A stretch of DNA of 64,000 bases from Eledone cirrhosa (taxonomy: Eukaryota): contig OZ024742.1 of assembly GCA_964016885.1 (NCBI GenBank), forward strand, positions 351,788,001 through 351,852,000. Direction: 5' to 3'. Each line of letters starts with the position of its first letter. The stretch's first letter is position 1. Below, one piece after another: positions 1 through 13,494 of this stretch. The position numbers were made by a program, and so were the translations under genes. The notes beneath the pieces are model-generated. The model was not told the origin of the DNA. It did no database searches and saw only the letters and a program-made list of their open reading frames with translations.

Positions 1-1586
1 ACAGAGATTGCAAGTCTTGGATAGAGAACTGTTCAAGTGTGGAGAAGCAGAAGAAACCTTTTTCCAAAAGATATTATATTTAATATTTTTATCTTTCAAG
101 GACCATATGAGTTCTGAGAGTGCCGTCTTGGTTCTTTTAAGTTGCTATTTAAAAGAGGAATGATGATTATAAAGACGAGCTTTAAAGGAGGTGGAAGTGG
201 AGCCAAAATAGGTGAAGGAATTGGTGTCAGTTATAACTTTACATTCGTAGATTAAATCTTTCTCAAGACAATTGGTTGTTGAGAGGACATTTATTTTTAA
301 CAGGGCAATTGCAATTGCGATTAGAGAGATTAGCAGAGTTGTTAACGAGTGACCTAGTGTTATATATAGAAGGAATCGGATTGGAGAAGTTATTTACGAT
401 AGGAATAATAGTTTCTGGATTTAGAACGGGATTAAGAACATTTATCGAAGTTGTATTTGACGTTGTATTTGGGTTTGCAGAAATTAGCCTAGAGTTTACA
501 ATGACGTCGGGAGTACTATTACTATTATTATGATATTCAGTGTTGGAAGGAAGATATTTAGTATTTAGTATTTTATTGTTGTGTTTAGAGATAATGTTGG
601 AAATGTTGGAGGAGGTCGAATAGGAAAATGTTATAGTGTGTTTGTTAAACATTTTACTATAGATATGTGAGGGAGGGAAGCATGTAGTTAAGGCACTAAA
701 GAATAATTTAGGAATATTATTATTAATAGAGATGGAGAAATGAGCATTATACCATATTATGTTTTTGTATCTAGGTATTTTATTAAAGTTATTGGAATGA
801 TCATGAATCATTATTCTACTGTAAGATCTTCTAGAATTTGTTTCTTTACTATATTTGATTTTATCAGTATAGCCGGCTTTAGAAAGCGCGTTATTATAGT
901 AATTGGCGTTAGCATCAAAGATGTTTGTATTAGAAGACAGGTTACATATTTTTTTTCCAATATTACTAACTATAGCATTCTTAATATTAGTGGGGTGGTT
1001 AGATTTAAAATTAACATAATTTAGGTTCTCATTGTTTTTATGGTAAGGGTAATATAGGCCAGTGTCAAGATTAAGCGATACATCCAAGAAATTAGCTAGT
1101 TTGATGCTGTTATCAAATTCAATTTTTAAGTTATGTTGGTTAAAGAGATTACGTATATTGTTCTTAATAATATTAAGGTTAACTATGTTGCAATTTAAGA
1201 TAGTAATGAGTCCATCGTCACGATAAATTCCACCGCGAAGTTGAGGAATTTTCCGACTCAAAGAGTTCAAAATAAAGATACCGATTAAATCTGTCAATTG
1301 GGATGAATAGGATGCTCCCATTGTGATGTCGAAGTTGTTAGAGGTATCAGCTCTGGTCCAATATTCAAGGATGGTTTTACGTGCGGTGAGAATGATGTGA
1401 AGTTCATCTGTGGTGATGTCAGAATATTTAAATGCGAAAGATAGGCATTGTTGAGAAGTGAAGGCGAAATAGAAGAATAGTAGCTGCCAATATCAAATTG
1501 AACAAATTTTAGTTTGTTTTTATTATTCAATTTGTTGAACCTACCAATCACTTCAGAAGTACCAAACCATACATTTAAGTTCAAAG
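1..1586 (-). mobile_element. Penelope-like retroelement (Naiad-like), 5'-truncated, running off the window start
   Basis: ORFs 1294-1599 and 263-1321 give RT motifs FVQFDIGSYYSSI, ITMGASYS and GGIYRDDGL, thumb motif NYVNFKSNHP, and linker CNCPVKNKCPLNN; GIY-YIG sequence continues toward position 1. Confidence 0.9.
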
Positions 1587-1599
1587 AATACAACGTCAA
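263..1599 (-). pseudogene. Frameshifted PLE reverse transcriptase/linker ORF
   Basis: RT split across frames (FDI..YYSSI in 1294-1599; YRDD in 263-1321); another frameshift after CPLNNQ. Confidence 0.85.
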
Positions 1600-2171
1600 A
1601 CACAGCTACGCTAAATGTTCTTAATCCCATTCTAAATCAAGAAACTATTATTCCTACCGTAAATAACTTCTCCAATCCAATTCCTTCTATAGATAACACT
1701 AGGTCACTCGTTAATAACTCTGCTAATCTCTCTAATCGCAATTGCAATTGCCCTGTTAAAAATAAATGTCCTCTCAACAACCATTGTCTTGAAAAAATAT
1801 TAATCTACGAATATAAAGTTATAACTGACACCAATTCCTTCACCTATTTTGGCTCCACTTCCACCTCGTTTAAAGCTCGTCTTTATAATCATCATTCGTC
1901 TTTTAAATAGCAACTTAAAGGAACCAAGACGGCACTCTCAGAACTCATATGGTCCTTGAAAGACAAAAATATTAAATATAACATCTCTTGGAAAAAGGTT
2001 TCTTCTGCTTCTCCATACTTGACCAGTTCTCTATCCAAGACTTGCAATCTCTGTTTAAATGAAGAATTTACCATTATACCAAATTTAGATTCTATAATAA
2101 ATAGACGCACTGACTTGTTTTCTCGCTGCTTGCTTAAATTCCACAGAACATTCCATAAAGTATACAGCTAA
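1586..2171 (+). pseudogene. PLE GIY-YIG endonuclease remnant
   Basis: CNC..CPL linker, IY..YFG motif and CNLC; frameshift near 1795 and in-frame TAG at 1908-1910. Confidence 0.8.
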
Positions 2172-2614
2172 TATCTAATATTTTATCAACTTAAAATCCC
2201 TTTCTCAAAGGCACATACATATATACTTCTTTAAAAATATATCCATCTTTCTACCTTATTTCAAAGTTATTTATTATACATTATATAATACTAGTTACTC
2301 GTTCTACATCACTCCTATTTATCACTTCCCTTTCTTCCTTTTCCTTTTCTTTTCCTTTTTCTTTTAATTTCTAACCTCTAATCTGTACCTTTTCTCATTG
2401 TGCCTAACATAGAAACAATTATTACACAGTACAATATATTCTTACTTTATATCACCTTGAAAAAATCCTTCGTAAACATAAACATTTTTTTGACGTTAGA
2501 TTATTCATCCTCAATTCCTTATTTTGTTCTCCCTTTTCATGCTCATCTAACTTATTCATCCTATCTTCTACTTTTTTCACAATATATCCTTACTTACATT
2601 ACTATTGCTTTTTT

Positions 2615-2910
2615 AATAATACATATCAACATTTTCTTTCCATCGCACATATTATTAAACCCTTAAAAATTATTCTTAATACATATTAACAATTTCTTTC
2701 CATCGCACATATTATTAAACCCTTAAATATTATTCTTAATACATATTAACAATTTCTTTTCATCGCACATGTTATTAAACCGATCAATATTATTCTTAAT
2801 ACATATTAACAATTTCTTTTCATCGCACATATTATTAAACCCTTAAATATTATTCTTAATACATATTAACAATTTCTTTTCATCGCACATATTATTAAAA
2901 CCTTCAATAT
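2615..2910 (+). repeat. 60-bp minisatellite (about 5 units) in PLE 3' UTR
   Basis: Unit catcgcacatattattaaacccttaaatattattcttaatacatattaacaatttctttt starts at 2641, 2701, 2761, 2821 and 2881. Confidence 0.95.
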
Positions 2911-3266
2911 ACAAACCTTAACTTAATATTATTTTTCTCTTCGTTAATTTTCAAATTTTCTTAATTTTAAAATTATCTTCCAACGGTTTTTCAACCTCTC
3001 TATGTAAAACAATATATTTGTCTCAGTTATAAAAGCTATCTCTCTCTCTCTCTATCACACATCTCTCCTCCTATCTCATCCTTCCTCATTATACTCCTCC
3101 CCCTCCACTTTTTACTCTCATCTCCTCCTCTTTTCCATCCTTTCAAACCCTCCCCCTTTTCAAAATGTTTTCCCAATATCACACATCAATCTAAAACTAC
3201 TTTTCATATGTTGATTTAAAACTGCACTATTCACAAGTGTTTTTTAACCTTCATATCATGTCTTCC

Positions 3267-3323
3267 TATTTTATCTGATGAAAACACAAATGTTATTGTT
3301 TTTGAAATGCGCATAATAAAATA
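3267..3323 (+). ncRNA. Minimal type I hammerhead ribozyme in pLTR
   Basis: Stem I tattttat/ataaaata (8 bp), CTGATGA 3275-3281, stem II aaac.ca/tg.ttt, GAAA 3304-3307, palindrome tgcgca, UA cleavage site 3314-3315. Confidence 0.85.
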
Positions 3324-3446
3324 TATGGAACTCTTTTAACCATCTTTTGATCTTAAGTATTATGTATACTCCAGTCCTACAAACTGTAGAGTGCTTCTTA
3401 TGCGATATCTGCATTGCTTTATTGGACTACAACAAAACTCACCTCC

Positions 3447-3494
<48 letters not shown>

Positions 3495-3500
3495 TCTTCT

Positions 3501-3625
3501 TTTCTGAAGACAGCATGTATATGTAATGTTATGTATATTTCCGCTGATAATTTGTAATATTTTTACATAGATCTATATGATATACATACCAACAGACATA
3601 TACATCCTAGAAACGGTCGTAAAAT
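3501..3625 (+). ncRNA. Hammerhead-like motif with ~100-nt extended stem II in a solo pLTR-like fragment
   Basis: ttt-CTGAAGA (3504-3510), stem II agcatgtatatgt/acatatacatcct, GAAA 3610-3613, cggtcg, UA, then aaa; stem I is short. Confidence 0.55.
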
Positions 3626-3712
3626 GATGAAATTGTTTAATATAAGTAACTTGTTCTTTGTTTTTATTTCATTGTTTTTATTAATTCATACACACACATC
3701 ACACACACACAC

Positions 3713-3787
<75 letters not shown>

Positions 3788-4299
3788 GTACATGTGTGTA
3801 TGTGTAATTGTAGATATAATAAATTACTTCATGTCATAGCAAATTCATATATTTAGTTACACAAATATATATATATGTATATGCATGTGCACGCCTGTGA
3901 GTGCGCGTATGTGATTATGTGTGTGTGTGTAATTCAGACGATATCGGCATGTTTGTTTCACTCCTTATGTTAATGAAAATTAAGAAGAATAAAATCAAAT
4001 ACTCTCTAATATTCCGCTATTTTCAACAATCTATTGAATATCTAGTCACGATATATATAATTGTAGAATACAGAAGATTTCACCAAAATAACTTGTAAAC
4101 ATTATTTTTTATTATAATAATATTGAACATCTCAGCGGTTGGTGTATCTTACTAAAAGCCATTGCAGCATTTATCTAGTTGCATCAATGTTCTCGAGTAA
4201 AAACCTGTAAATTGAGATTTGTTTTTTTACATTTCTCTGTTGAGGGATAAAATAAAGTTAAACACATTCGGAGTATTATATCCCAACTTAAAGTATGAT

Positions 4300-4454
<155 letters not shown>

Positions 4455-4732
4455 CATTTCAGGTTATCAATAATGTAGTGATAATATATCGTTACGTTAG
4501 AGATGAACAGCGTACGTGCAGGTTTGCTCAACGAGTATAAATTATATTCCGGAGAAAATGTAGAAAGGATGAATATAAAATGAAAGTGCTTTTTTTAAAA
4601 AGGAATTTATTAGGTATTGACATTTGTTTCTGTAACAGACGGAATACCTATGTATCGCTGCTTGCGTAATCATATAATGTTAGCAAGTATTCGATAGCAA
4701 ATGTATAATCAGTTGTCACTTCTTCAGAGATT

Positions 4733-6900
4733 TTGGATAAATTTGGATTTAAATCTTATAAGAACCCACCCTCATACCCACTTTTGGATACATTTGAACA
4801 AGACCTAATGGATATGATTATGGAGATCAAATTTATAAAACGGAAGAACAATAAACTACAGAATGACATCACGGCACTGCTCAATAATCTAAAAAACGCC
4901 AATGGAATTATTGTTAGAGCAGACAAAACATCAAACGTATATACCATGGATGTGGACACTTACAATAACGTCATCCGTAAGGAATTGCATAAAAAATACA
5001 GGAAAACTAATGAAGCTACACTTAAAAACATCAACAACTCGGCATGTGAAATTGTTAAAAAACTTTGTATTGACGATAGAACGCACCCCTTAACACCAGC
5101 TATACCATCCTTCAACCTCAAGGACCACAAGGTAAACTTCGGTATTAACCCTAATATTAGGCTTATATGCCCCTCTAAATCTGATATAGGCAAAATTAGC
5201 AAATATATACTAGACAGAATTATCCCCCAAGTTAAGGTTAAAGTAGAGATTAAACTATGGGGTAACACTCATGAAGCAATAAGGTGGTTTAATAACATTA
5301 CTGATAAGAACAAATCAAAATTTATTCAGTTTGATATTGATGAATATTATTCCTCAATTTCACCTGATACTCTACATGAAGCTCTTTCGTTCGCTAAGGA
5401 TAATTCCGACCTTACGGATGCTGAAATTAAAATTATTATGGAAGCGAGGAAAACTATAGTTAAATTCGATGATAGCTACTGGGTTCGCAAAGATAGACCT
5501 TCTAATTTTGATATCACTATGGGTTCTAATGATTCGGCGGAAGTAACAGATCTTGTGGGAATTTATATCACCCACAGATTACAAGGAAAATTCAAGGATC
5601 TCCACGGTGGAATCTACCGTGACGATGCGCTCCTATTAGTTAAGCATATGAATAACCAGAATTTAGAAAGGATGCTGAAAATATCAAAAAGCTTTTTAAG
5701 GAACTAGGATTAAATATTACATTTGAATATAACCTCAAAGAGGTCAATTTCCTTGATGTTACATTGAATCTCAATACAGATACGATTAAACCGTTCCATA
5801 AACTAAATGAGAACCTTAAATATGTAAATACGAGTTCTAACCATCCACTCTCTATAATTAAATCCATCCCTAGAAATGTTTCTCTTAGAATCTCCCGCCT
5901 GTCGTCCAACCAACAAACCTTCAAAGAACATGCTGAATATTATGATGATGCACTTAGGAAAGCCGGTCACCTAGATAATATAGAGTATATAGTCGAAGAT
6001 CACCAAAACACCCAAAATAAATCCCATAGGAGTAGAAATAGCACAGAATCACCACCATACATACACTACCGCAATAGACACAATAATAGTCGCACACCAC
6101 CAAACAGAAGGCGATGTAAGGAGTATAATTGGTACAACCCGGTCTATAACAACTCTATTAAAACCAATCTACCCTCAAAATTCTTTCGATTAGTTAAAAA
6201 ACACTTTCCAACATCACATAAATATAATAAAATCTTAAACCCTAACACTATTCGACTTTCATATTCAACCGCCCCTAATATTGAACAACATATAAAAAAG
6301 ATTAACGCAAAACGGTTGTATAAACACCTTCCAACACATAACAATACACGTAAAACATTAGCTATAACATCACAAAACAACAAACAACATCCTGTCCTAC
6401 ATAAGCAACCTCATCAACCCATCCATGACAATACAACAACGCAAAATTATAATTGCAACTGTGTCCAACCAGGAATGTGTCCGTTGAACAATCAGTGTCT
6501 TGAACGCAACATCGTATACAAATGTACTATCGAATCGGATAGACAGAAGTGGTACTATGTGGGATCTACAGCCACCTCTTTCAAATCACGCCTTTATAGA
6601 CATCGTTACTCGATAAAACATGAAAACTAGCGTTATGTAACAACACTCGCAGACAAAGCTTGGCAGCTGCGTGAAAATAACCAACAATTTCACCTAAAAT
6701 GGGATATAATAGCGGCTGCCCCCCACCCCACCCCCACCCCATATTCCCATGGACAGGAATTTTGTAAATTATGTAATGTAGAATTATTTTGTATTATGAA
6801 ATCCAAAAACATTTTATTAAATAACAGAATAGAGCGATCGTTATACTGTGACCATCGCTTAAAATCTACATTTTCATATTATAAATACTACCAGGATTGA
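4733..6900 (+). pseudogene. PLE RT + GIY-YIG polyprotein with one frameshift (~5690) and one TAG (6628-6630)
   Basis: ADKTSNVY, LKDHK, RLICP, FDIDEYYSSI, ITMGS, GGIYRDDAL, CNC..CPL..C, IVYKC..YYVGST; reads through the TAG to CKLC..CDH and stops at TGA 6898-6900. Confidence 0.9.
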
Positions 6901-7366
6901 ACGCCTGGCTCTATCTCCGTTTGATTGTCAAAATAGATATTAACATTCTTTATTAGTCTTAATTCTATCAACTCTTCTATTATTTACCTTTTAATATAAA
7001 CTGCTATAGATAAAATGAGATTTCTGATTTCTTGATTCAATTCCCTAATGCATATACCAGCTGGCTAATATCATTGATGTTATTCAGTAGCAATCGAAAT
7101 CTCCCCCTTCCCCAATTGACACTTTATAATTAATACTACTGCACCAAATGACCAGCCCTGTCGACTGTCCAGTTGGTCAAGTAGAGATTAAAATTGGCAC
7201 TCCAAAAATTCTTATTTAGATTTACTCATTGTATTCTCATTAGAAACCCACTATATACTTGTTTAGCAGTAAATTAATTTACCATCTGTCATATACTATC
7301 CCCTCCTTTTCTTCCTCTATTACTAATATAAATACTTCAATTTTTCTGATTTTATCCAATTTATCC

Positions 7367-7490
7367 AAAATCTCTGAAGAAGTGACAACTCATTATACAT
7401 TTGCTATCGAATGCTTGCTAACATTATATGATTACGCAAGCAGCGATACATAGGTATTCCGTCTGTTACAGAAACATATGTAAATACCTA
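7367..7490 (+). ncRNA. Hammerhead-like motif with long stem II in pLTR (mirror copy on the - strand at ~4611-4733)
   Basis: CTGAAGA 7374-7380, gtgaca/tgttac closing a long hairpin (tatcg/cgata, tgcttgc/gcaagca), GAAA-catatg-UA (GUC in the mirror copy), AATAAA downstream; canonical stem I does not pair. Confidence 0.55.
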
Positions 7491-7534
7491 ATAAATTCCT
7501 TTTAAAAAAAACACTTTCATTTTATATTCATCCT

Positions 7535-7579
<45 letters not shown>

Positions 7580-7582
<3 letters not shown>

Positions 7583-7800
7583 ATAATAATAAATTTGAAA
7601 ACTCATATCCAAAAAGGCCTCGATAAGGATAAATATATATCATATATATATAAGAACCCTAGAGCAAATATTTATGAAAATAATAGATTAAAGTTTAAGC
7701 AAAGAATCGCTGCTTTCACCGTTAACGGGTTCTTCAGAAGATCCCGTTAAGGATGAAAGAGGCGATTCTTTGCTTAAACTTTAAGCTGTTATATTAATAT
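7580..7800. mobile_element. Fold-back pLTR-derived element, family D
   Basis: Arms ~7682-7737 and ~7738-7792 are inverted, joined at tcttcag/aaga; ~100-nt one-sided tail; related copies at 36685-36975 and 60385-60560. Confidence 0.7.
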
Positions 7801-8864
7801 ATAAATATATATTGTTTTCAGTATGGTGAACTAACTGTTGTGTTACTACGTCCCTCTTTCTATCTACATATATATTTTGTTTATCCGTCCAGGTTATACT
7901 GGTTGAGAACACTAATAATGGTTACTGATATAGGTAGAAGGCTAAATCAACCCAAGTGCATTTCTAGTGTTTTATTTCATCAACATCGTATGGATGAATG
8001 GCAAAGCTAACCACGGTGCGATTTCGACTTCTGCCTTAAATGAAAACGCCTCATTAAGGTATGTTTTGTAGATGAGCATCGCCATCCTTTTGTTCCAGTG
8101 TTGTTTATGATATAGTAACGAGGCAGTTTGCTCGGAGACGAATCGATTATAATTATTAGCCGATATGAAACTCAGGAAATATACGTACCCGCTGTCTGTG
8201 TGAAAAAGGTAATTCTAAGGTTGACTATATATATATATATGTATATTTATAAATGGGAGTGAGAAATAGATTTCCATGAAGGTGATGATGTTACAATGAT
8301 AATGAAGGTCATAATGATATGAATTTAACGAGAACAGCAGGTAAATCTCATAAGCTTGTCACACAACTTATCCTAGATTTTTGTTAATGTCGCTGACGAT
8401 ATTCTCACATATTTGGAATATTGCCGGCATCATGTTGTTGGCAAAATTATGAAAATGCGGGATATTAATTTCGATTAATTATCGCTGACTGTGCTTCTCT
8501 TGCAGTAGTGTAATGAAGATATATATGTTATATGTGAATTGAGCTAGCACTCAAACTACTTTATCTTATTTTAGAATAAATAATGAATCCCACCCACGAA
8601 GAATTTTAATATAAAGGAAACAACAACAGAAATGTAGACTCTGTATCTCTCCACACATTTTCCTTTAACTGTAATTGTCCAGCCAGGTGGAAGACAGATG
8701 CAGCATTGAATGTTTCAGACGTCAATTCTTGTAAATAGATACACACATTCACACACACATACAAGCACACGCACCAACACAAACAAACAAATATATATAT
8801 AAATATACAAAATATTATAATTATATATTAATATATATATATACATATATATACATATATCTAT

Positions 8865-9070
8865 AATGATATTAAATAAATGGAAACTATATTTATTAAA
8901 CCATATTTATTCTATTATATATATTTCAAAGGTACCAAATCTTTGGTACGCTTTCATCAGATAAAATGCAAAGTGTGTTTTATAAATTTGGTCGTACCAA
9001 GGAACATACCTTATCAGGTGAATTATTCCTTGGATACTGGTTTTAAAATTAAACCGTTATTTTAGACGCT
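8865..9070 (-). mobile_element. pLTR-derived element, family A
   Basis: Shares aaatggaaactatatttataaaaccatatttatt with the copies at 10120, 11160, 23040 and 57420. Confidence 0.75.
8908..8967 (-). ncRNA. Hammerhead ribozyme (family A)
   Basis: Reverse complement reads attttat CTGATGA aagcgtacc-aaagattt-ggtaccttt GAAA tatata TA atagaata. Confidence 0.8.
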
Positions 9071-9278
9071 GGCGAAAAATTTAGATATATGTTTGTATTA
9101 TTAGGAGCGAAAGAGAAAGGGAGAAAATGAAAAAGAAGTCCACATATTTACGTCAATATGGGGCAAGAAAAATTTGAATATTTACCTATATTATACTTAT
9201 ATGGAGAATTATGTTTGTAAGTATTTAACTTATTGAAATATATTATTATGATATATGTATAAATATCCATATATATTA

Positions 9279-9455
9279 ATTGTTTCTATTTTCGGCACAA
9301 GGCCAGCAATTACCCAGTACACTACTGGTTCTTTATTTTATCAACCTTGTAAGGATGAAATGCAAAGTTAACCTCGGCAGGATTTGAACTCATATCGTAA
9401 AGAGACGTAACTATGCTGGAAAGCATGTCCAACCCTCCACCGATACTGCGAATTC
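9279..9455 (-). mobile_element. tRNA-derived SINE
   Basis: Matches the reverse complement of the SINE consensus at 46427-46620. Confidence 0.85.
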
Positions 9456-9684
9456 AAATAATTGTTAAAGAGATATTGATAATTTACAGTTATTAGTTGT
9501 TTATAATATGAGTTGTTTGTAATATGAGTTACGAGGGATGTTGATTTTGCGTTATAATAGAATAAATATGTTTTATAAATATAGTTTCCATTGAATATTT
9601 ACTCCAGAAAAACTATTGAGTGCTCTGAATCAGTTATAAACATTTATATTTGTTGAATAATCAACAAAATGAATATCCCTTCTG

Positions 9685-9771
<87 letters not shown>

Positions 9772-9776
<5 letters not shown>

Positions 9777-9940
9777 AAAAATATGACCCCGACGGCAGTC
9801 CTCGGGCCGTTTCGACGGCTATTTCTTGAGCTCTGTCTTCGGGGTCTTACTTTTCCTATTACCAACTCTACTACCCTAAGTATTGAGTACTCGGTGCGTT
9901 ATGATCCATCTGGTTCCTTACCATAACTCCTTCATTATAT
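9772..9940. mobile_element. Fold-back element, family C
   Basis: aggaaaa..gaccccgacggcag / ctgtcttcggggtc..ttttcct inverted arms plus a one-sided tail; (TA)n flanks; related to 10855, 12405, 45030 and 49565-49985. Confidence 0.75.
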
Positions 9941-9942
9941 AT

Positions 9943-10023
<81 letters not shown>

Positions 10024-10024
10024 G

Positions 10025-10440
10025 TAGAGGTTATATTTAATTTGTTGGGATACAACAAGCAAAATATTTTTATAACTGTTATAAATCACTCATCAATCTA
10101 TTGGAGTAAATATACAATATATTAACAAATGGAAAATATATTTATAAAACCATATTTATTTCATTATACATATTTAAAGGGCCACCAAGGCAAATTACGG
10201 TGCGCTTTCATCAGATAAAATATAATATAGGTTAGTTTTATAAACAAATATCGACATACCCTGAAAAAATTTAACCATTCTGGTTGGAATCTCCTGGAGA
10301 TTCCAACCAGAATGGTTGCATTGTTTGCCTCATGGCAAATTGGCCTTGGTGGCAAATTTGCCTTGGTGGCTCTTGAAATATGTATAATGAAATAAATATG
10401 GTTTTATAAATATAATTACCATTTGTTAATATATTGTGTA
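10025..10440. mobile_element. Fold-back element, family A
   Basis: Inverted arms ~10111-10195 and ~10356-10437; perfect central hairpin aaccattctggttggaatctcc-t-ggagattccaaccagaatggtt; HHR on the - strand at ~10157-10222 (GAAA mutated to TAAA). Confidence 0.8.
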
Positions 10441-10449
10441 TATATATAT

Positions 10450-10787
10450 ACACAGAAACAAGATGGCGTAGGATAGAACAAAAAAAAAAAGCAAAACAAA
10501 GGAGAGGCACAAAAACAAAGAAAAGAATGGCCAGTCACTGACTAGGTCACAGAATGTGTGATGAAAGAACTTTGACAATATATAAACAACCATCTGGTTG
10601 TGGAACCAACCAACCAACCAACCAGAAATGTATAAATTCCTGAATTTATAAATTTATTATAATAAATTGAAGTGAAACTTGTGGTACGTGTGTTTCTTAT
10701 TGGCAACATGACCCTCCCAAAGTATAACAATATCGGTTTCAACACTTGTTTTCATATGAAGAATCTTGCTAAAGAAATTCAGAAACG

Positions 10788-10790
<3 letters not shown>
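10450..10790 (+). mobile_element. pLTR-derived element, family B
   Basis: Homologous to 15640-15907, 56180-56445 (inverted) and 57165-57299; degenerate HHR gtca-ctgacta-ggtcac..gtgat-gaaa at ~10534-10575. Confidence 0.8.
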
Positions 10791-10854
<64 letters not shown>

Positions 10855-10856
<2 letters not shown>

Positions 10857-10964
10857 AACGAATTGGACCCCGACGGCTGAGCTCAACCGTTTCGACGGCT
10901 AATTCTGCACTTGCAGCAATCGAATCGAATCAGGTCCACCTGGTTCCTTACCACATTTCTTCCG

Positions 10965-10965
<1 letters not shown>
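10855..10965. mobile_element. Family C fragment
   Basis: gaccccgacggctgagctcaaccgtttcgacggcta followed by tail fragment ggtccacctggttccttacc. Confidence 0.65.
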
Positions 10966-11029
<64 letters not shown>

Positions 11030-11061
11030 AAATATATATGCAAAATATATATATATATATA

Positions 11062-11737
<676 letters not shown>

Positions 11738-11764
11738 ATTATGATTATATATGAAAATATATAC

Positions 11765-11968
11765 CGGCGATGGATTGGTAGTATCGGTAGAGAGTCGGAA
11801 AGCATGCTTTGCAGCATAGAGTTACGTCCCTTTACAGTTCAAATCCCGGTTCATTTTACCTTTCATCCTTACGTGGTCGATAAAATAAAGCACCAGTAAC
11901 GTACTGGGTTCAATTTATTCGACTTTCCCCTCCCACAAATTACTGGCCTTGTACCTATACTACAAATC
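11765..11968 (+). mobile_element. tRNA-derived SINE (long-tail variant)
   Basis: A box tggtagtatcgg, B box gttcaaatcc, core cctttcatccttacg.ggtcgataaaataaag. Confidence 0.85.
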
Positions 11969-13494
11969 ATATATGGATATATATATGTGGGCACGCGTGT
12001 GTGTGTGTATGTGTGTGTAGACATTTCTAAGAGAAAGATCGAAAACCAATATGTTAACTATGAAATATATTACCAAGATGTTTTCTAAGTAAATCGTGTC
12101 GCTTCTTGAGTGATAATATGTAACTATTAACGCCGCGGGATTAACTAATGTAAGGAATTACATCATAAAACGAATTATTACAATCTAGCTCTTGCATTTT
12201 TAACATTATTGTCCGCAATTGGAATTGGCGGGTATGAATGCCCTTGTGTCCTTAATCCTAATTACATTATTTTTTTCATCGATTCGATTGCTGCAAATGC
12301 AAATTCAGTTCGTCAAACTTTTAAAACAACAGTAATATATATAGATATATTATATATATATATAAGTTTATATATATTTATATATATAAATATTATTATA
12401 TATAGTAAAATGTTCAAGACCCCGACGGTAGAGCGTCAAGTTTCGACGGCTATTTCTGGACTCTATAAAGAAATGCTGCAAATTATTTTTCTTGTGGCTT
12501 ATAGTATGTTATATACATTTTCTAAAATATATCTAAGGGATAATTGCCACGGATCTATTCATAGGTTATGATATATGTATATATTATTCAACGTCTAGTT
12601 TATGATAGATTCAATTATTAGAATATATGCCAAGGAAAACGTAGACGTAAAAAAAAACAACTTTTTCAACTGACTCATAAGTAAATAGCAGTCGGTATTA
12701 TAATGAATATATATGTTTAGCTATACTACCTCTGAAAACATTTCAAATTGTCATTCTCCAGCGTCATTTACAAGTAATGTGTTCCATATAATTTGACTGC
12801 TAATAGCATAAGCGCCACTTAAAAAAATGTGATGGCTGGATAAACAAATTTGGCACTCAATGATGGAAATTACGCCCAAAATATAACTATTAAATGTAAA
12901 TCTATTGTATATAATACTTCCTATGCGTCTCAGTGAAGGATGCACTCAATGTTCTATATTTATGCCACGAGGTTTCTAGCCACACAATATTGTCTACACA
13001 TATATGTATTTACCTAAAGATTTGAGAGATACTGTACGCTAAGCACAAAAGATCTTACTAGATTGTACTTTTCTAGATTGTACTGTGTGAAATATAATTA
13101 TTTCTCAACATTCTGAGCAAGATATATACTTAATATGTTTCAAGTTTTGTGCTTGAAAGGGGGGTGATAGAATTGTGGGATGCCGTCGACATGTGTGCAT
13201 CTGTAATTCCAAGGTCGCGGTTTGTCATACATTCTGCCCAGCAGAACTTGCTTAAAGTTATACAATACTATGAAATGTACTTTTACAAGAAGATAATTTG
13301 GCGGTAGGACGACAGGATAAGCTTTCTTGAAATCGATGTGTTTCTTTTAGTAATATCATAAACTTTCCTATTTTAACATATTCATAAAACTACGCACCAG
13401 ATCATGTTTCAGATGTTACCATGTTCGCATTACTTCAAACCATGTTATCTATAATTACTCATAGTTATAAGGATAGTGGTTCCATTCCTTATTA

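Larger units (their letters stand above)
1586..3449 (+). mobile_element. Inverted 3' copy of the same PLE: linker, GIY-YIG endonuclease, 3' UTR and pLTR
   Basis: 1586-2054 is the near-exact reverse complement of 1-470; encodes LIYEYKV...TYFGSTSTSFKARLYNH...CNLCLNE; HHR at 3267-3323; ends at (TA)n. Confidence 0.88.
4455..7539 (+). mobile_element. Penelope-like retroelement (Naiad-like) with an inverted 5' pLTR
   Basis: RT/GIY-YIG ORF at 4733-6900; 4561-4745 is the reverse complement of 7351-7539; (TA)n on both sides. Confidence 0.92.

Noticed and set aside
2615-2910. CRISPR-like periodic array
   Set aside because: No unique spacers; a pure tandem repeat in eukaryotic context with no cas genes
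4733-6900. Selenoprotein-type Naiad (UGA at Cys positions)
   Set aside because: Linker and endonuclease cysteines are TGC/TGT and the internal stop is TAG; no SECIS recognised
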